DNA of 64,000 nucleotides from a virus: IMG/VR virus record IMGVR_UViG_3300045971_000437, positions 6,515 to 70,514 of that record; one strand, 5' to 3'. Shown piece by piece: positions 26,903 to 36,159 of this stretch (position 1 is its first letter; each line of letters starts with the position of its first letter). The notes under the pieces were generated by a model. It saw only the letters and a program-made list of their open reading frames with translations, ran no database searches and was not told where the DNA came from. The position numbers and the translations under genes were made by a program.

Positions 26903-27868
26903 TTAATTTCCTAACTGTTTTTGTATGTCATTAAAAATATCTAATTTTATTGCTATAGCTTTCCCACTAAACCATACTTCTGCTTGTGTTGGCAACTTGG
27001 AGCCATATCGTACTAAAGATAATTCTAGATTCTCTGGAGTCATCGAATCATTCATTATAGTTGAAAATCTTTCATTTTTAGGTAGTGCTTTTAAATAATT
27101 TAATAATCTATTTTGTTGTACTGTAAGCTTTGCTGTCTTAATATAATTAGCGAGTGATGTCATTACTAATAGCGATGGTTTGCCTAAAAACATTTCAAAC
27201 GTATCTCTATATGATTTTGGAAAATCATCTCTTGAAAGAGCGCATCCAGCTTTATCGGCTAAATTATAACCAGCATGCATTGCTAAATATATTTCTTCTG
27301 GCGTAGCTTTTGATAACGCGGAATCAATTTTAGCTAAGTCAGTGTATTGATTTCCAGCATTCCGATCTATCCTAAGTACAGATAGAAAACATGTTCCTGG
27401 TCCACCTAAAGCATAGCCAAAATCATTCAGCGATATATTTTTAAACATACCAGATGCATATTTAGTTTCTGGAAAATCATCCTGTTCACCAACTACTATC
27501 ATTGTATTGTCGTATGGAATAATAGCGTAAACATTAGTACTATAATTTCTGGCACCAGTAACACTCGTTGAGCATATTAAAGAGTTACTTCTTTTAGGAA
27601 ATGATGATAGTGAGGTAGAATTATCCATCATTAATTGATATAGATTATTTGAATCCCTAGATGTTCTTACCATATCACTTAAATCTAAGGAAACAAAATC
27701 GCCACTAAAAGATTTATCTCCTCTATAAAGAAGACCATTATTAGCAATTGCTTTTAGTCCATCTTTACAATGCGTATTTAATAAATTAATAGCATCATCA
27801 GTTAATACATTATAGGAGGACCAGCTTTTTACAATTGCCTCAGATAAAAATTGTTTAAATGTTTGCAT
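26903..27868 (-). CDS. ADP-ribosyltransferase-fold head protein, paralog 4
   Basis: FKQFLSE; LYRG / NSLICST..ARNYS / AEVWFSG. Confidence 0.6.
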   Translation of the reverse strand: MQTFKQFLSEAIVKSWSSYNVLTDDAINLLNTHCKDGLKAIANNGLLYRGDKSFSGDFVSLDLSDMVRTSRDSNNLYQLMMDNSTSLSSFPKRSNSLICSTSVTGARNYSTNVYAIIPYDNTMIVVGEQDDFPETKYASGMFKNISLNDFGYALGGPGTCFLSVLRIDRNAGNQYTDLAKIDSALSKATPEEIYLAMHAGYNLADKAGCALSRDDFPKSYRDTFEMFLGKPSLLVMTSLANYIKTAKLTVQQNRLLNYLKALPKNERFSTIMNDSMTPENLELSLVRYGSKLPTQAEVWFSGKAIAIKLDIFNDIQKQLGN

Positions 27869-28323
27869 TAGTATGTTTTCTTTTCTTCATCTAAGGTTAT
27901 CATTTTTAAAATATCTTCACGATTAGCAATTACTAAATTATTAGTAGTTTTGCCAGCATGAGGAATGAATACTTGATTTGCTCGCTTACGATCAGTCTTT
28001 ACTTTCGATCTGCTGTTCGCTGCTGCTAAAGCTATATTTAAATAATTAGCTGCAACTTCTGCATTTCTGGCTGCATATCTAGGTTCGATTACTGCCATAT
28101 ACGCAGTCTGCTGTTGAAATGTTTCTATTGCCATCGTGTACACTTCATCTATTCGCTGTTCAATTAAAACATCGTCTTCATCTTTATGATCTGGTTGCGG
28201 ACCTTCTGGTTGAGCAGCCACTAAATCATTTGACACGGCCTCAGCTACAGCATAATCTTGTGATATGTCTGTTAATCCTTCTTCTAATCCAAATACTGAT
28301 TCTAGTGGATGAGCGATTTTCAT
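27868..28323 (-). CDS. Probable terminase small subunit (gp16-like)
   Basis: PRYAARNAEVAANYLNIAL helix and C-terminal TTNNLVIANREDILKMI, resembling T4-family TerS. Confidence 0.55.
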   Translation of the reverse strand: MKIAHPLESVFGLEEGLTDISQDYAVAEAVSNDLVAAQPEGPQPDHKDEDDVLIEQRIDEVYTMAIETFQQQTAYMAVIEPRYAARNAEVAANYLNIALAAANSRSKVKTDRKRANQVFIPHAGKTTNNLVIANREDILKMITLDEEKKTY

Positions 28324-28326
28324 AAT

Positions 28327-28797
28327 TTACCTCTTTACCTTTTTAGGGGCCCTTTGTGGTTTTTTAGAGAAGAGTTGTTTTTCGGTTACGACTCTAAACC
28401 GTGCTCCTATGGATTTTGCAAATGCATCTGCTGCTGTCCATTTAGCAATGTTTTTAATTAATGATAATTTATCATAAGTTGTTTTTGCTGCTTCAGCAAG
28501 AGACTCTTTTAGTGGTTTTATTTCTACAATTTCTACTGCACCTGTAACATACCAAACAATAAAATCTGGCCAATAAGAATGTGGCTTTCTATCTATTGGA
28601 CTAATATATTTTATATTTAGTGTTTTAGGTTCACTTGTCCATTTTGCTACCAATTTTGACTGATCAAGTAAATTCATATACAGCGTTTCCCAAGAAGAAC
28701 GTGGGACTATGTTATTAATATTACCAACATATTTCTGTGGGTTTTGCGGCATAAATTTAGCATTTTTATTTACACGTGTTAAAATTCTACCTACCAT
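28327..28797 (-). CDS. gp4-like head completion nuclease (TnsA fold), copy 1
   Basis: RSSWE, IKYISPIDRKPHSYWPDF, EIKP, NIAKW. Confidence 0.8.
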   Translation of the reverse strand: MVGRILTRVNKNAKFMPQNPQKYVGNINNIVPRSSWETLYMNLLDQSKLVAKWTSEPKTLNIKYISPIDRKPHSYWPDFIVWYVTGAVEIVEIKPLKESLAEAAKTTYDKLSLIKNIAKWTAADAFAKSIGARFRVVTEKQLFSKKPQRAPKKVKR

Positions 28798-29249
28798 TAT
28801 AACATCCCATTCTTACGAGGAGATTTTACACCCTGATGAAATATGCTACGCTCTGTTATAACACGAAACGACATACCTCTAGCTTCGCAATAAATTGCAG
28901 CAGCAGCCCACTTAGCATCATTCACTTTTAAAGCTTCTTTAGATCTGTCTGACTTAGCGAATTTCTTGTCTGACTCATGTAAAGGTTTAACCTCTACTAT
29001 TTCTTTTTTAATTTCGCCTTTAGCATTTCTAAATTCTATAAAGAAGTCTGGAAAATATCTATGCACTTGATTATCTTTAGGACTGAGATATGGTATAACT
29101 ATTTCTTCACTGCCCCACTTAATAATATCCGGCCGACTATCAAAGAATGTCATGACATTCACTTCCCACAATGACCTAAAGAATATCTTATCAACATCGC
29201 CAACATATTTATCTTTATTTTTAGGTAAAAATTGTCCACTAATAGCCAT
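28797..29249 (-). CDS. 4: gp4-like head completion nuclease (TnsA fold), copy 2
   Basis: FLPKNKDKYVGD, RSLWE, WGSEEIVIPYLSP, RYFPDF, EVKP, NDAKW, FRVITE. Confidence 0.85.
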   Translation of the reverse strand: MAISGQFLPKNKDKYVGDVDKIFFRSLWEVNVMTFFDSRPDIIKWGSEEIVIPYLSPKDNQVHRYFPDFFIEFRNAKGEIKKEIVEVKPLHESDKKFAKSDRSKEALKVNDAKWAAAAIYCEARGMSFRVITERSIFHQGVKSPRKNGML

Positions 29250-30535
29250 TATCCACCAATAATTTTTGTTGTTAATTGTTGAGATGTAGCTGAAGGAGTA
29301 GAATTATCTACTAGTGGTGGTGGGTTTGGTCTTGCTAATCCCTGAATAACACCATTACCAGCATTACGCAATGTGTTTGCTCCAGCCTCACCTAACATGC
29401 CACTCATATTCGATGTCACTGCATTCATTGCTTGTCCACCTATTGAATTGCCGAAGGTTTTAGTTAGTGAATTTGCTACTGTATTTTGCAAAAGACGTTG
29501 TCCCTGTCTAGCAATAATATCAACGAATGGATTTTTACCAGTTCCACCAGCAGATGTTTGACCTTTGCCAGCATTGAACGATGGTGTTTCGTCAATTGAA
29601 CCCATAAGATCGCCGTGCGGTATTTTTGCAACCTTTGTACTCTTTCCTTCTTGATTAGTATCAATATGCAGTGCATCAAAATCAAAGGCTGCTGCTATAG
29701 TTGATGCAACTCCACCAGCTTCATGGTCATGATCACCTATATCAAAACTTTGAAGTCTAGGATTAATCAAAATGAATCTATTTAATCTAATATTATCACC
29801 TAATGTTGCGCCGCCGCTATCGCCTAAGCGCATATAAAATTGTTCTATAATAACTGTAGATAAAACGTTCTTTGTATTATCTGGCAGTGCTCCCCTAAAA
29901 GCTGTATCGGTATCAGTTACTCCACCAGCAAATGCAAATCCATGATCGCCCAAAGGGAATGTCGGTGAATATTCTTTTCTTGTTATTGGTTTTAAAAGCA
30001 TCATGTATAAATTTATAAAATCCATTGCTCTATTTCCGGTGTCGTCATAGAATGTTAAATTTAATTCTCTATTTCTAATAGATTTTAATACTTTAGTTTT
30101 GAAGTTATACATATTAACTTCTTCATATTCGAATTCAACTTTAGGCAAATCGATTTGTTTCACTGTAAAATTTAATTCGCGTGTTAATTTTTCAGTATCA
30201 ATCCCCATAGCTGAAGCTTTACTTATAATAGACGGATGAAATTGAAAAGATACTTTGAATAAGAATTTATTTTTGGGATCATATTGGCCTATGAATGATC
30301 CAATGTTTGACGCATATGGAGTTGGGTCCCAAACACCTGGCTTTGATCCTGCTGCAGCAGCTGTAGCATTTAAATCGCCCTTACTATCCTGCTGTGCGGA
30401 TCCAGGTTTATTTAAACCTAACATTGGTCCAAGAATACCGCCAACCTGATTATTTACTGCAGCACCAAACTGTCCGAATGCTTCTTTTTCTAAAGAAACC
30501 CCGGTGCCCTTAATTATTCCTGAAATATCAAACAT
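29249..30535 (-). CDS. Baseplate / tail-tube initiator (gp48/gp54-like, tube fold)
   Basis: FLFKVSF, VKQIDLPK, LNLTFYDD tube-fold motifs. Confidence 0.65.
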   Translation of the reverse strand: MFDISGIIKGTGVSLEKEAFGQFGAAVNNQVGGILGPMLGLNKPGSAQQDSKGDLNATAAAAGSKPGVWDPTPYASNIGSFIGQYDPKNKFLFKVSFQFHPSIISKASAMGIDTEKLTRELNFTVKQIDLPKVEFEYEEVNMYNFKTKVLKSIRNRELNLTFYDDTGNRAMDFINLYMMLLKPITRKEYSPTFPLGDHGFAFAGGVTDTDTAFRGALPDNTKNVLSTVIIEQFYMRLGDSGGATLGDNIRLNRFILINPRLQSFDIGDHDHEAGGVASTIAAAFDFDALHIDTNQEGKSTKVAKIPHGDLMGSIDETPSFNAGKGQTSAGGTGKNPFVDIIARQGQRLLQNTVANSLTKTFGNSIGGQAMNAVTSNMSGMLGEAGANTLRNAGNGVIQGLARPNPPPLVDNSTPSATSQQLTTKIIGG

Positions 30536-30606
30536 TATAGTTCAACCTCATATTATGATCTTTTATTTATTAGATTCATGATAGTAATGAATGTTAAAAC
30601 CAGGAC

Positions 30607-30636
30607 AAAAAAATAGACTTCGAAAAGTCTATTTTT
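30607..30636. terminator. Terminator after the tail-tube operon
   Basis: aaaaaatagactt-cgaa-aagtctattttt. Confidence 0.8.
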
Positions 30637-30649
30637 AAAATCTTTCTAA

Positions 30650-30790
30650 TTAAGGACCAGGAGGAGGTGGCGGTGCAGGCGGAAGCCAATCTTTTTTCCA
30701 GTCTGCCTTAGCATCTTCTTTCCAATCTTCTTTCCAGTCTTTCTTAACTCCTGGAACACTGTCAAACATATCTTTAATAGGTGTAGCCAT
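30650..30790 (-). CDS. 46-aa peptide with DW repeats and polyproline tail (not in ORF track)
   Basis: MATPIKDMFDSVPGVKKDWKEDWKEDAKADWKKDWLPPAPPPPPGP; AAGGAG RBS; terminator follows. Confidence 0.7.
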   Translation of the reverse strand: MATPIKDMFDSVPGVKKDWKEDWKEDAKADWKKDWLPPAPPPPPGP

Positions 30791-30809
30791 TTTAACTTCT
30801 CCTTAATTA

Positions 30810-31403
30810 TTAGTTTAAGTTACCAGCAAGAGCAGTACCATAACCTTGACCAGTAAGATCTTGTCTAGCATGATCATATCTAATTTGCATAGTAATAGTA
30901 TTTGCATCAGATGCAGAATAATCAAGATCACCGTAGTCTACTGACTGTAACCAGCATCCTTCTACTTTCCACGATTCAACAACACCTTCATTACCATCTA
31001 ACATTTCTAAGATAGTACCAAATTTATAATCAGAACCAGTTGCTGCAGCATTCAACCACTGACCTGGCAAATCTGCACCAATTAAACGCTGTTGAGTTTC
31101 AAGTTGACCTTGAACTGCATAAGATGCTAATCCAGTAATATCATCTTCAATTGTTAAAGAGATAGGATCCCAAGTATGTTTACCAGCTGCATAAGCAACT
31201 GAATTGTAACGATGCATTTGAATTTCTTCAAATGATAAGTTAGGTCGAGTAACCGTAGTTGCTTGACGAGTTAATTCTCTTGATGAGGCACCGGACACTA
31301 AGCGTGCGAAACCAACAAATGTTACTCTCCAACGATATTTTTGTTTTGGGTGAAGAATACCGAATCCTGCTCCAGGTATACCCATTTGACTAAGTGTAGC
31401 CAT
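30810..31403 (-). CDS. 19: Tail tube protein (gp19-like)
   Basis: KYRWRVTF, RPNLSF, YAAGKHTWDPISLTIEDD, WKVEGCW, DLDYS; late promoter at 31472..31465. Confidence 0.9.
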   Translation of the reverse strand: MATLSQMGIPGAGFGILHPKQKYRWRVTFVGFARLVSGASSRELTRQATTVTRPNLSFEEIQMHRYNSVAYAAGKHTWDPISLTIEDDITGLASYAVQGQLETQQRLIGADLPGQWLNAAATGSDYKFGTILEMLDGNEGVVESWKVEGCWLQSVDYGDLDYSASDANTITMQIRYDHARQDLTGQGYGTALAGNLN

Positions 31404-31512
31404 GTTTTCTTTCTCCGTAAAAATAAGTTAAGTCGAGTAACTATGTGTCAACTCAATCATGATTTATTTATTAAATTTTGTAGAATTATTGTGGAAATTT
31501 ATAAAAAGATAA

Positions 31513-32382
31513 CTATTCTACTTTAGCTATTTCTTTAAGGATGAACGTATACATCTCACTCCATTCAGCCGACCCTTTATTACCAGTAGCTTTATTGTAT
31601 GCGTCCATAGCAATACCAATTGGAATTGAATAATATCCAGAAGATTCATGGATGAGAATTTCATTTCCAGAAAATATTGCGGGAGTTAAATCAATATTAT
31701 TCTCATAAGATTTTTCACCATATTCCTTCATTCCATCCTTAATCATCTGATAAACGGATTCCTCAATATCTTGCATACCCATCTCATTGTATTGATATGC
31801 TGCTTGTGTTTTGTTAACCACGTCTCTACCACCATCAACCCATTTACTAGCAAAATACTGTTCTTCTGAGCCAGGATATTTATCCCACATAACTTTTAAT
31901 ATTGTTGGTGATAATTGGGCTCCATGCTGGCTACCAAATCTAGCTATAGGTTTCAACCAGCCTGACCAATCTGATACCGAATCAGCTACTCTTGGGGACC
32001 AAATATATTTAAAATTTCCTACTGGAAAAATAACATGTTCTGTACCATAGCCTCCAGCAATTGCTGGATTTCCAGAAGCAAATACTGAATGTGTGCGGAC
32101 GTCTTTAATATTGAAGGCGCAATCAATCATTGCATCAAATAGAATATTAAAGTTTACTGCAGAATCTCGTGGTGGTCTACCAGTAGGGTGCTTAGTGAAT
32201 TTTATCTCTTCTATGCGGACTTGATAACCATCCTTAGTTACCTTAGCTTTAGCGATACCTCTAAACATAGGATAAGGACCAGCTTCTGTTAAGAATGGTT
32301 TACATTTTTTAGCTATAAGTTTTATAGCTTCTTCAAATGATAGTTGACTATCTTCTTGCAATAGGAATGTTTTAAATTTCAT
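31513..32382 (-). CDS. ADP-ribosyltransferase-fold head protein, paralog 5
   Basis: FKTFLLQE; MFRG / HSVFASG..AGGYG / GNEILI. Confidence 0.6.
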   Translation of the reverse strand: MKFKTFLLQEDSQLSFEEAIKLIAKKCKPFLTEAGPYPMFRGIAKAKVTKDGYQVRIEEIKFTKHPTGRPPRDSAVNFNILFDAMIDCAFNIKDVRTHSVFASGNPAIAGGYGTEHVIFPVGNFKYIWSPRVADSVSDWSGWLKPIARFGSQHGAQLSPTILKVMWDKYPGSEEQYFASKWVDGGRDVVNKTQAAYQYNEMGMQDIEESVYQMIKDGMKEYGEKSYENNIDLTPAIFSGNEILIHESSGYYSIPIGIAMDAYNKATGNKGSAEWSEMYTFILKEIAKVE

Positions 32383-33274
32383 TGTTAACCATCTTTAATA
32401 AGTATTCGTAATATTGATCGTGTTGGGCGGAATGATTCACGTGGTCATTTTCGTTTTTACTATAAAATTTAATATAATCATCTACTAGAGGACCTCTAGG
32501 AACAGCATAATATCCTTCTGATTCATAAAGAAATATTTCATTTCCAGATTTAATAGCTCTCTTAATATTTTGATCATCTGTATATAACTTTGTTCCCATC
32601 TCTTTTAATGCATCATGGAATAGCTTCACTAATTCTCTAGGTTCAAGATGATCTAACTTACTCTTTATTAATGGTGTACTAACACATAGTTTAAATTTTT
32701 CTAAAAACCATTCTGCTTGATCCTCTTGAGGGTTAGTCATCCAATCTTTATTCCAGCTTGTTAACTCATCAGCATATCTATAAAATAAGCTGTCAATTCT
32801 TAAATCGTATGCTTCAGTATGTTTCAGTTCTTTGACATGATCAATAATATAGTGCGCTATATCTTTACTCCACTCATCTTCATAATTAATAGAATCGATT
32901 ACACTCATGGAATAAAGTATTTTATAATCGCCTTTTGGGAAAACGTAATGAGGATATCCATATTCAAATGTAGTTGTTCTATCTCCAGTACAAAATATTG
33001 AACGCTTACGAATATCTGGAATACCAAATGATGCCATTATCATCAAATTAAAAAGACAATTAAATGGTGGATTTGAATCTCTAGGACTTCTATTAGTAGG
33101 TTGGTTTGAAAATAGAACGGTCTCATCATTTCTATTTCTGCTTATTCCTCTGAATAATGGATAATCCGGTGCAGACGTTAAGAATGGTTGACACTCACTT
33201 TTAATATCTGGACAAGCACCCTCAATAGAATATTTTCTAGCTTGTTCTTCATTTAAAAATTCTAAAAATCTCAT
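32372..33274 (-). CDS. ADP-ribosyltransferase-fold head protein, paralog 6
   Basis: FLEFLNE; LFRG / RSIFCTG..FEYG / GNEIFL. Confidence 0.6.
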   Translation of the reverse strand: MRFLEFLNEEQARKYSIEGACPDIKSECQPFLTSAPDYPLFRGISRNRNDETVLFSNQPTNRSPRDSNPPFNCLFNLMIMASFGIPDIRKRSIFCTGDRTTTFEYGYPHYVFPKGDYKILYSMSVIDSINYEDEWSKDIAHYIIDHVKELKHTEAYDLRIDSLFYRYADELTSWNKDWMTNPQEDQAEWFLEKFKLCVSTPLIKSKLDHLEPRELVKLFHDALKEMGTKLYTDDQNIKRAIKSGNEIFLYESEGYYAVPRGPLVDDYIKFYSKNENDHVNHSAQHDQYYEYLLKMVNNEI

Positions 33275-34101
33275 ATGCTTCTTATTTTATCAATCAATTT
33301 TTGGTACAAATCTGTTAATGGTAACGCTTCTGCTCCCAACTGCGTCATCGTCTTATCATTAATCAGCATCTGTCTAACAGCAACAATAGGTAGCAAATAA
33401 TATCCATCAGACTTATAAATTAAAATTTCGTTTTTAGACTTAATAGCTTTATCAAGTCCATTATTATTTTCATATAGATCATTAATTGCATTACCGAATG
33501 CATTTGCCATCTTTGCTTGAGTTGGTGGAACACGATCACCTTCCATTGCATCTTTGATACCCATTGCAATTGTATCTTCTTCTGCGATGTCTGCGAAATC
33601 ATTTGGTGACACACGTTTACTAAAATATTCCATCATATCATTTAATTCAGTATCATTAATAGCTTTACTTAAATTGCTAATAATGTCTCGTTTTATTTTT
33701 GTACTATCATCATATGAATCATTTATTCGTGGTGACCAAATATAGTCTATATCGCCAGCTGGAAAAATAAAATTTATTGTACCGAACTGTTGAGCTGTTT
33801 GATAATCACCAGTACAGAATAATGACTTTTTCCTAATGTCTCGTATACCAAATGCCGCATCTACTGCCGCATTAAACATGAAATTAAAATCTGGACTGGA
33901 ATCTAGAGCCGGTCTATCTTCAGGATGAGGTAGAAACGTTCCCCCAATATCTGGGGAAGGGTTTCTTTTGTTACCAAAACCTCTATATAATGGCAAGGCT
34001 TTTGATTCTTTTAAGAACTGTTGACACTCATCACTTATACGTTTAAGTACATCGTCAATTTTGACTATTCGTTCTTCTTTTAGGAATGTTTTAAATCTCA
34101 T
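33271..34101 (-). CDS. ADP-ribosyltransferase-fold head protein, paralog 7
   Basis: FKTFLKE; LYRG / KSLFCTG..QQFG / KNEILI; late promoter at 34139..34132. Confidence 0.6.
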   Translation of the reverse strand: MRFKTFLKEERIVKIDDVLKRISDECQQFLKESKALPLYRGFGNKRNPSPDIGGTFLPHPEDRPALDSSPDFNFMFNAAVDAAFGIRDIRKKSLFCTGDYQTAQQFGTINFIFPAGDIDYIWSPRINDSYDDSTKIKRDIISNLSKAINDTELNDMMEYFSKRVSPNDFADIAEEDTIAMGIKDAMEGDRVPPTQAKMANAFGNAINDLYENNNGLDKAIKSKNEILIYKSDGYYLLPIVAVRQMLINDKTMTQLGAEALPLTDLYQKLIDKIRSI

Positions 34102-34154
34102 TTGAACCTGGAAATGTTAAGAGTGGTAATCTATTTATAATCAGAATAGCAGGC

Positions 34155-34188
34155 AAAAGAAAAGGCTAAGAAAATTCTTAGCCTTTTC
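34155..34188 (-). terminator. Terminator after the tail sheath gene
   Basis: 14-bp stem gaaaaggctaagaa/ttcttagccttttc followed by UUUUG on the minus strand. Confidence 0.8.
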
Positions 34189-34205
34189 ACTTTAATCAAT
34201 AAAGA

Positions 34206-36050
34206 TTAACCTGGCATTTGAGCACCAGTGCTCAATACACGGATTGGGATGTAGATAAATTCAGCTGCTTTAACTGGCTTAAGAGCGATATCCATGTACA
34301 TCTCGTTACGATCGATACGATCTGGAGTATTGTTTGAATCATCGCATAAAGTTACGAAGTCATAAAGACCACGTTTAGCCATAACGTCATTCAAGAATCC
34401 ATCTGCTGCTGCCTTTAAGTTGTCACGAGTTACTTTATCATTAGGTTCGAAAACGAATGGGAAAGAACCCTTACGAAGTGAACGCTTAATATACATAAGC
34501 AAGCGAACTACGTTTACTCTATCAAGAGCAGATGCAGCTCCGTATGAAGTCTTCTGACCCCATATAATCATACCACGTCCCGGGAAGAATACGATAGGAT
34601 TAATGTTTTTATAGAACTCATAAAGATTATCACGTTGACCTTGGTTAAGGTTTGTTTCAACGAAGGTTGTTGGAGTACCAAATGTTCCTGATACATAACC
34701 TACTTTAGAAACACCAGTAACACTACCACGTCTAACACCCGCTGGAGCAAACCAAACATAGGATTGATTATCGCTGTATGCGTATGTACGAAGAGCGATA
34801 CCAGATGGTGCGCAAACTACATCACGACCATCTAAGTTAGAAGCAAGACCCCAAGGGTAGTAGTAAGCAATGTTCTGAGAACTAAAACGCTCAGATGTAT
34901 TTGCCCATACTGCTGCTTGTTCAGGAGTTTTGTTAACTGGAACATCTGCAACAACGAATGCTTCATCACTGATACTTGCTGAAAGAGCAACCAATTCGTC
35001 GATAACTTCAGAGTAACCTGGAGCAACAATCAAATTATATTCATAAACTTCAGAACGTACTTCAGTATTGCTGTTAATTTCTGCTTGCAAAGCTGTAACA
35101 ATAGCTACACGTTTAGCTGCATCGTTTGCACCAAGTGGATTAAACAAATTGATAGTTGCTAAGCTCATAGTGAATTCATCACCAGCAACAAATGCTGTTG
35201 TACCAACATTAATTTTAAAATTAACGTAGTTATTATCGTATGCAACACCAACTAATCCTGAAGCAGTTGGACCAGATACTGAACCAGTTACAGTAAATGC
35301 TGTAGCTGAAGTAAATGTCACTGTCCAAATTTCGTCAAGAGCATTAATATCAGTTGCTAAATTTGTCATCTTACCATTACCAACACCAACATATGATGTA
35401 GGAGCATAAACAAGACTGAATTGGAAATAATCGTCTGCTGAAAATGGAACTAAACCAGCAGTAACAGTAAGATTCAATTTAGTAGACGTGAATGGAGTAC
35501 CAACTAAACCATTACCGATGATACCTGAATCTGAACCGATAACTGTAAAATCTGTAGATGAAGTCATAACAACATCGATAAGCTCTGGCTTAACAAATGC
35601 TGATGTAGCTGTAATACCAGAGATAGTACCATTGCCTACACCGATTCTAGTTGGTGTAGTTGAAACTGGAGTACCGATACCAACAAAAGATTCTGCTGCA
35701 TCAGTAAGATCGATATTTGCTCTAACAACAAATGCTCTTGAACCTATTCCTAAGAATTGATTAAGTGCAAAAAGACCATATTCATTGCGTGCATCGCCAT
35801 GGAACTCATTTCCAGATACATCTTTCCAGAAATATGGAATACCATATAACTGTACTGACTGTCCTAATGACGTTACTGTTCGTACAACTGAATGTTCAAC
35901 TGTTCCTGCAGCAACTGTTACACCATTAGGTTGTAATTTTTGTTTTCTTGTTGCAACAAAGAAAAGAGGAACTGTCGGCGCAGATGCCGGAATATAAAAA
36001 GATTCGTCAATAATTGTGACTGAAACTCCGGGACTAACCAATGTGCTCAT
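34206..36050 (-). CDS. 18: Contractile tail sheath protein (gp18-like)
   Basis: LVSPGVSV, NEYGL, WFAPAG..RG, INPI, IWGQKT, LDRVNVVRL, FVFEPND, KAAEFIYI. Confidence 0.95.
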   Translation of the reverse strand: MSTLVSPGVSVTIIDESFYIPASAPTVPLFFVATRKQKLQPNGVTVAAGTVEHSVVRTVTSLGQSVQLYGIPYFWKDVSGNEFHGDARNEYGLFALNQFLGIGSRAFVVRANIDLTDAAESFVGIGTPVSTTPTRIGVGNGTISGITATSAFVKPELIDVVMTSSTDFTVIGSDSGIIGNGLVGTPFTSTKLNLTVTAGLVPFSADDYFQFSLVYAPTSYVGVGNGKMTNLATDINALDEIWTVTFTSATAFTVTGSVSGPTASGLVGVAYDNNYVNFKINVGTTAFVAGDEFTMSLATINLFNPLGANDAAKRVAIVTALQAEINSNTEVRSEVYEYNLIVAPGYSEVIDELVALSASISDEAFVVADVPVNKTPEQAAVWANTSERFSSQNIAYYYPWGLASNLDGRDVVCAPSGIALRTYAYSDNQSYVWFAPAGVRRGSVTGVSKVGYVSGTFGTPTTFVETNLNQGQRDNLYEFYKNINPIVFFPGRGMIIWGQKTSYGAASALDRVNVVRLLMYIKRSLRKGSFPFVFEPNDKVTRDNLKAAADGFLNDVMAKRGLYDFVTLCDDSNNTPDRIDRNEMYMDIALKPVKAAEFIYIPIRVLSTGAQMPG

Positions 36051-36159
36051 ATTTAACTCCTTGATAACTATTTAAATGTTGCTAGTTCTAAGACTTCACA
36101 CTAGCGCTTTCAACTTAATATTTATGAAACTGCCTAAAAAACAGGGCAGATTTCTTATA

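Noticed and set aside
31404-31464. Third copy of the pseudoknot motif in the tail-tube leader
   Set aside because: It can form alternative G.U-rich stems but shares no sequence or spacing with the two prohead-core copies
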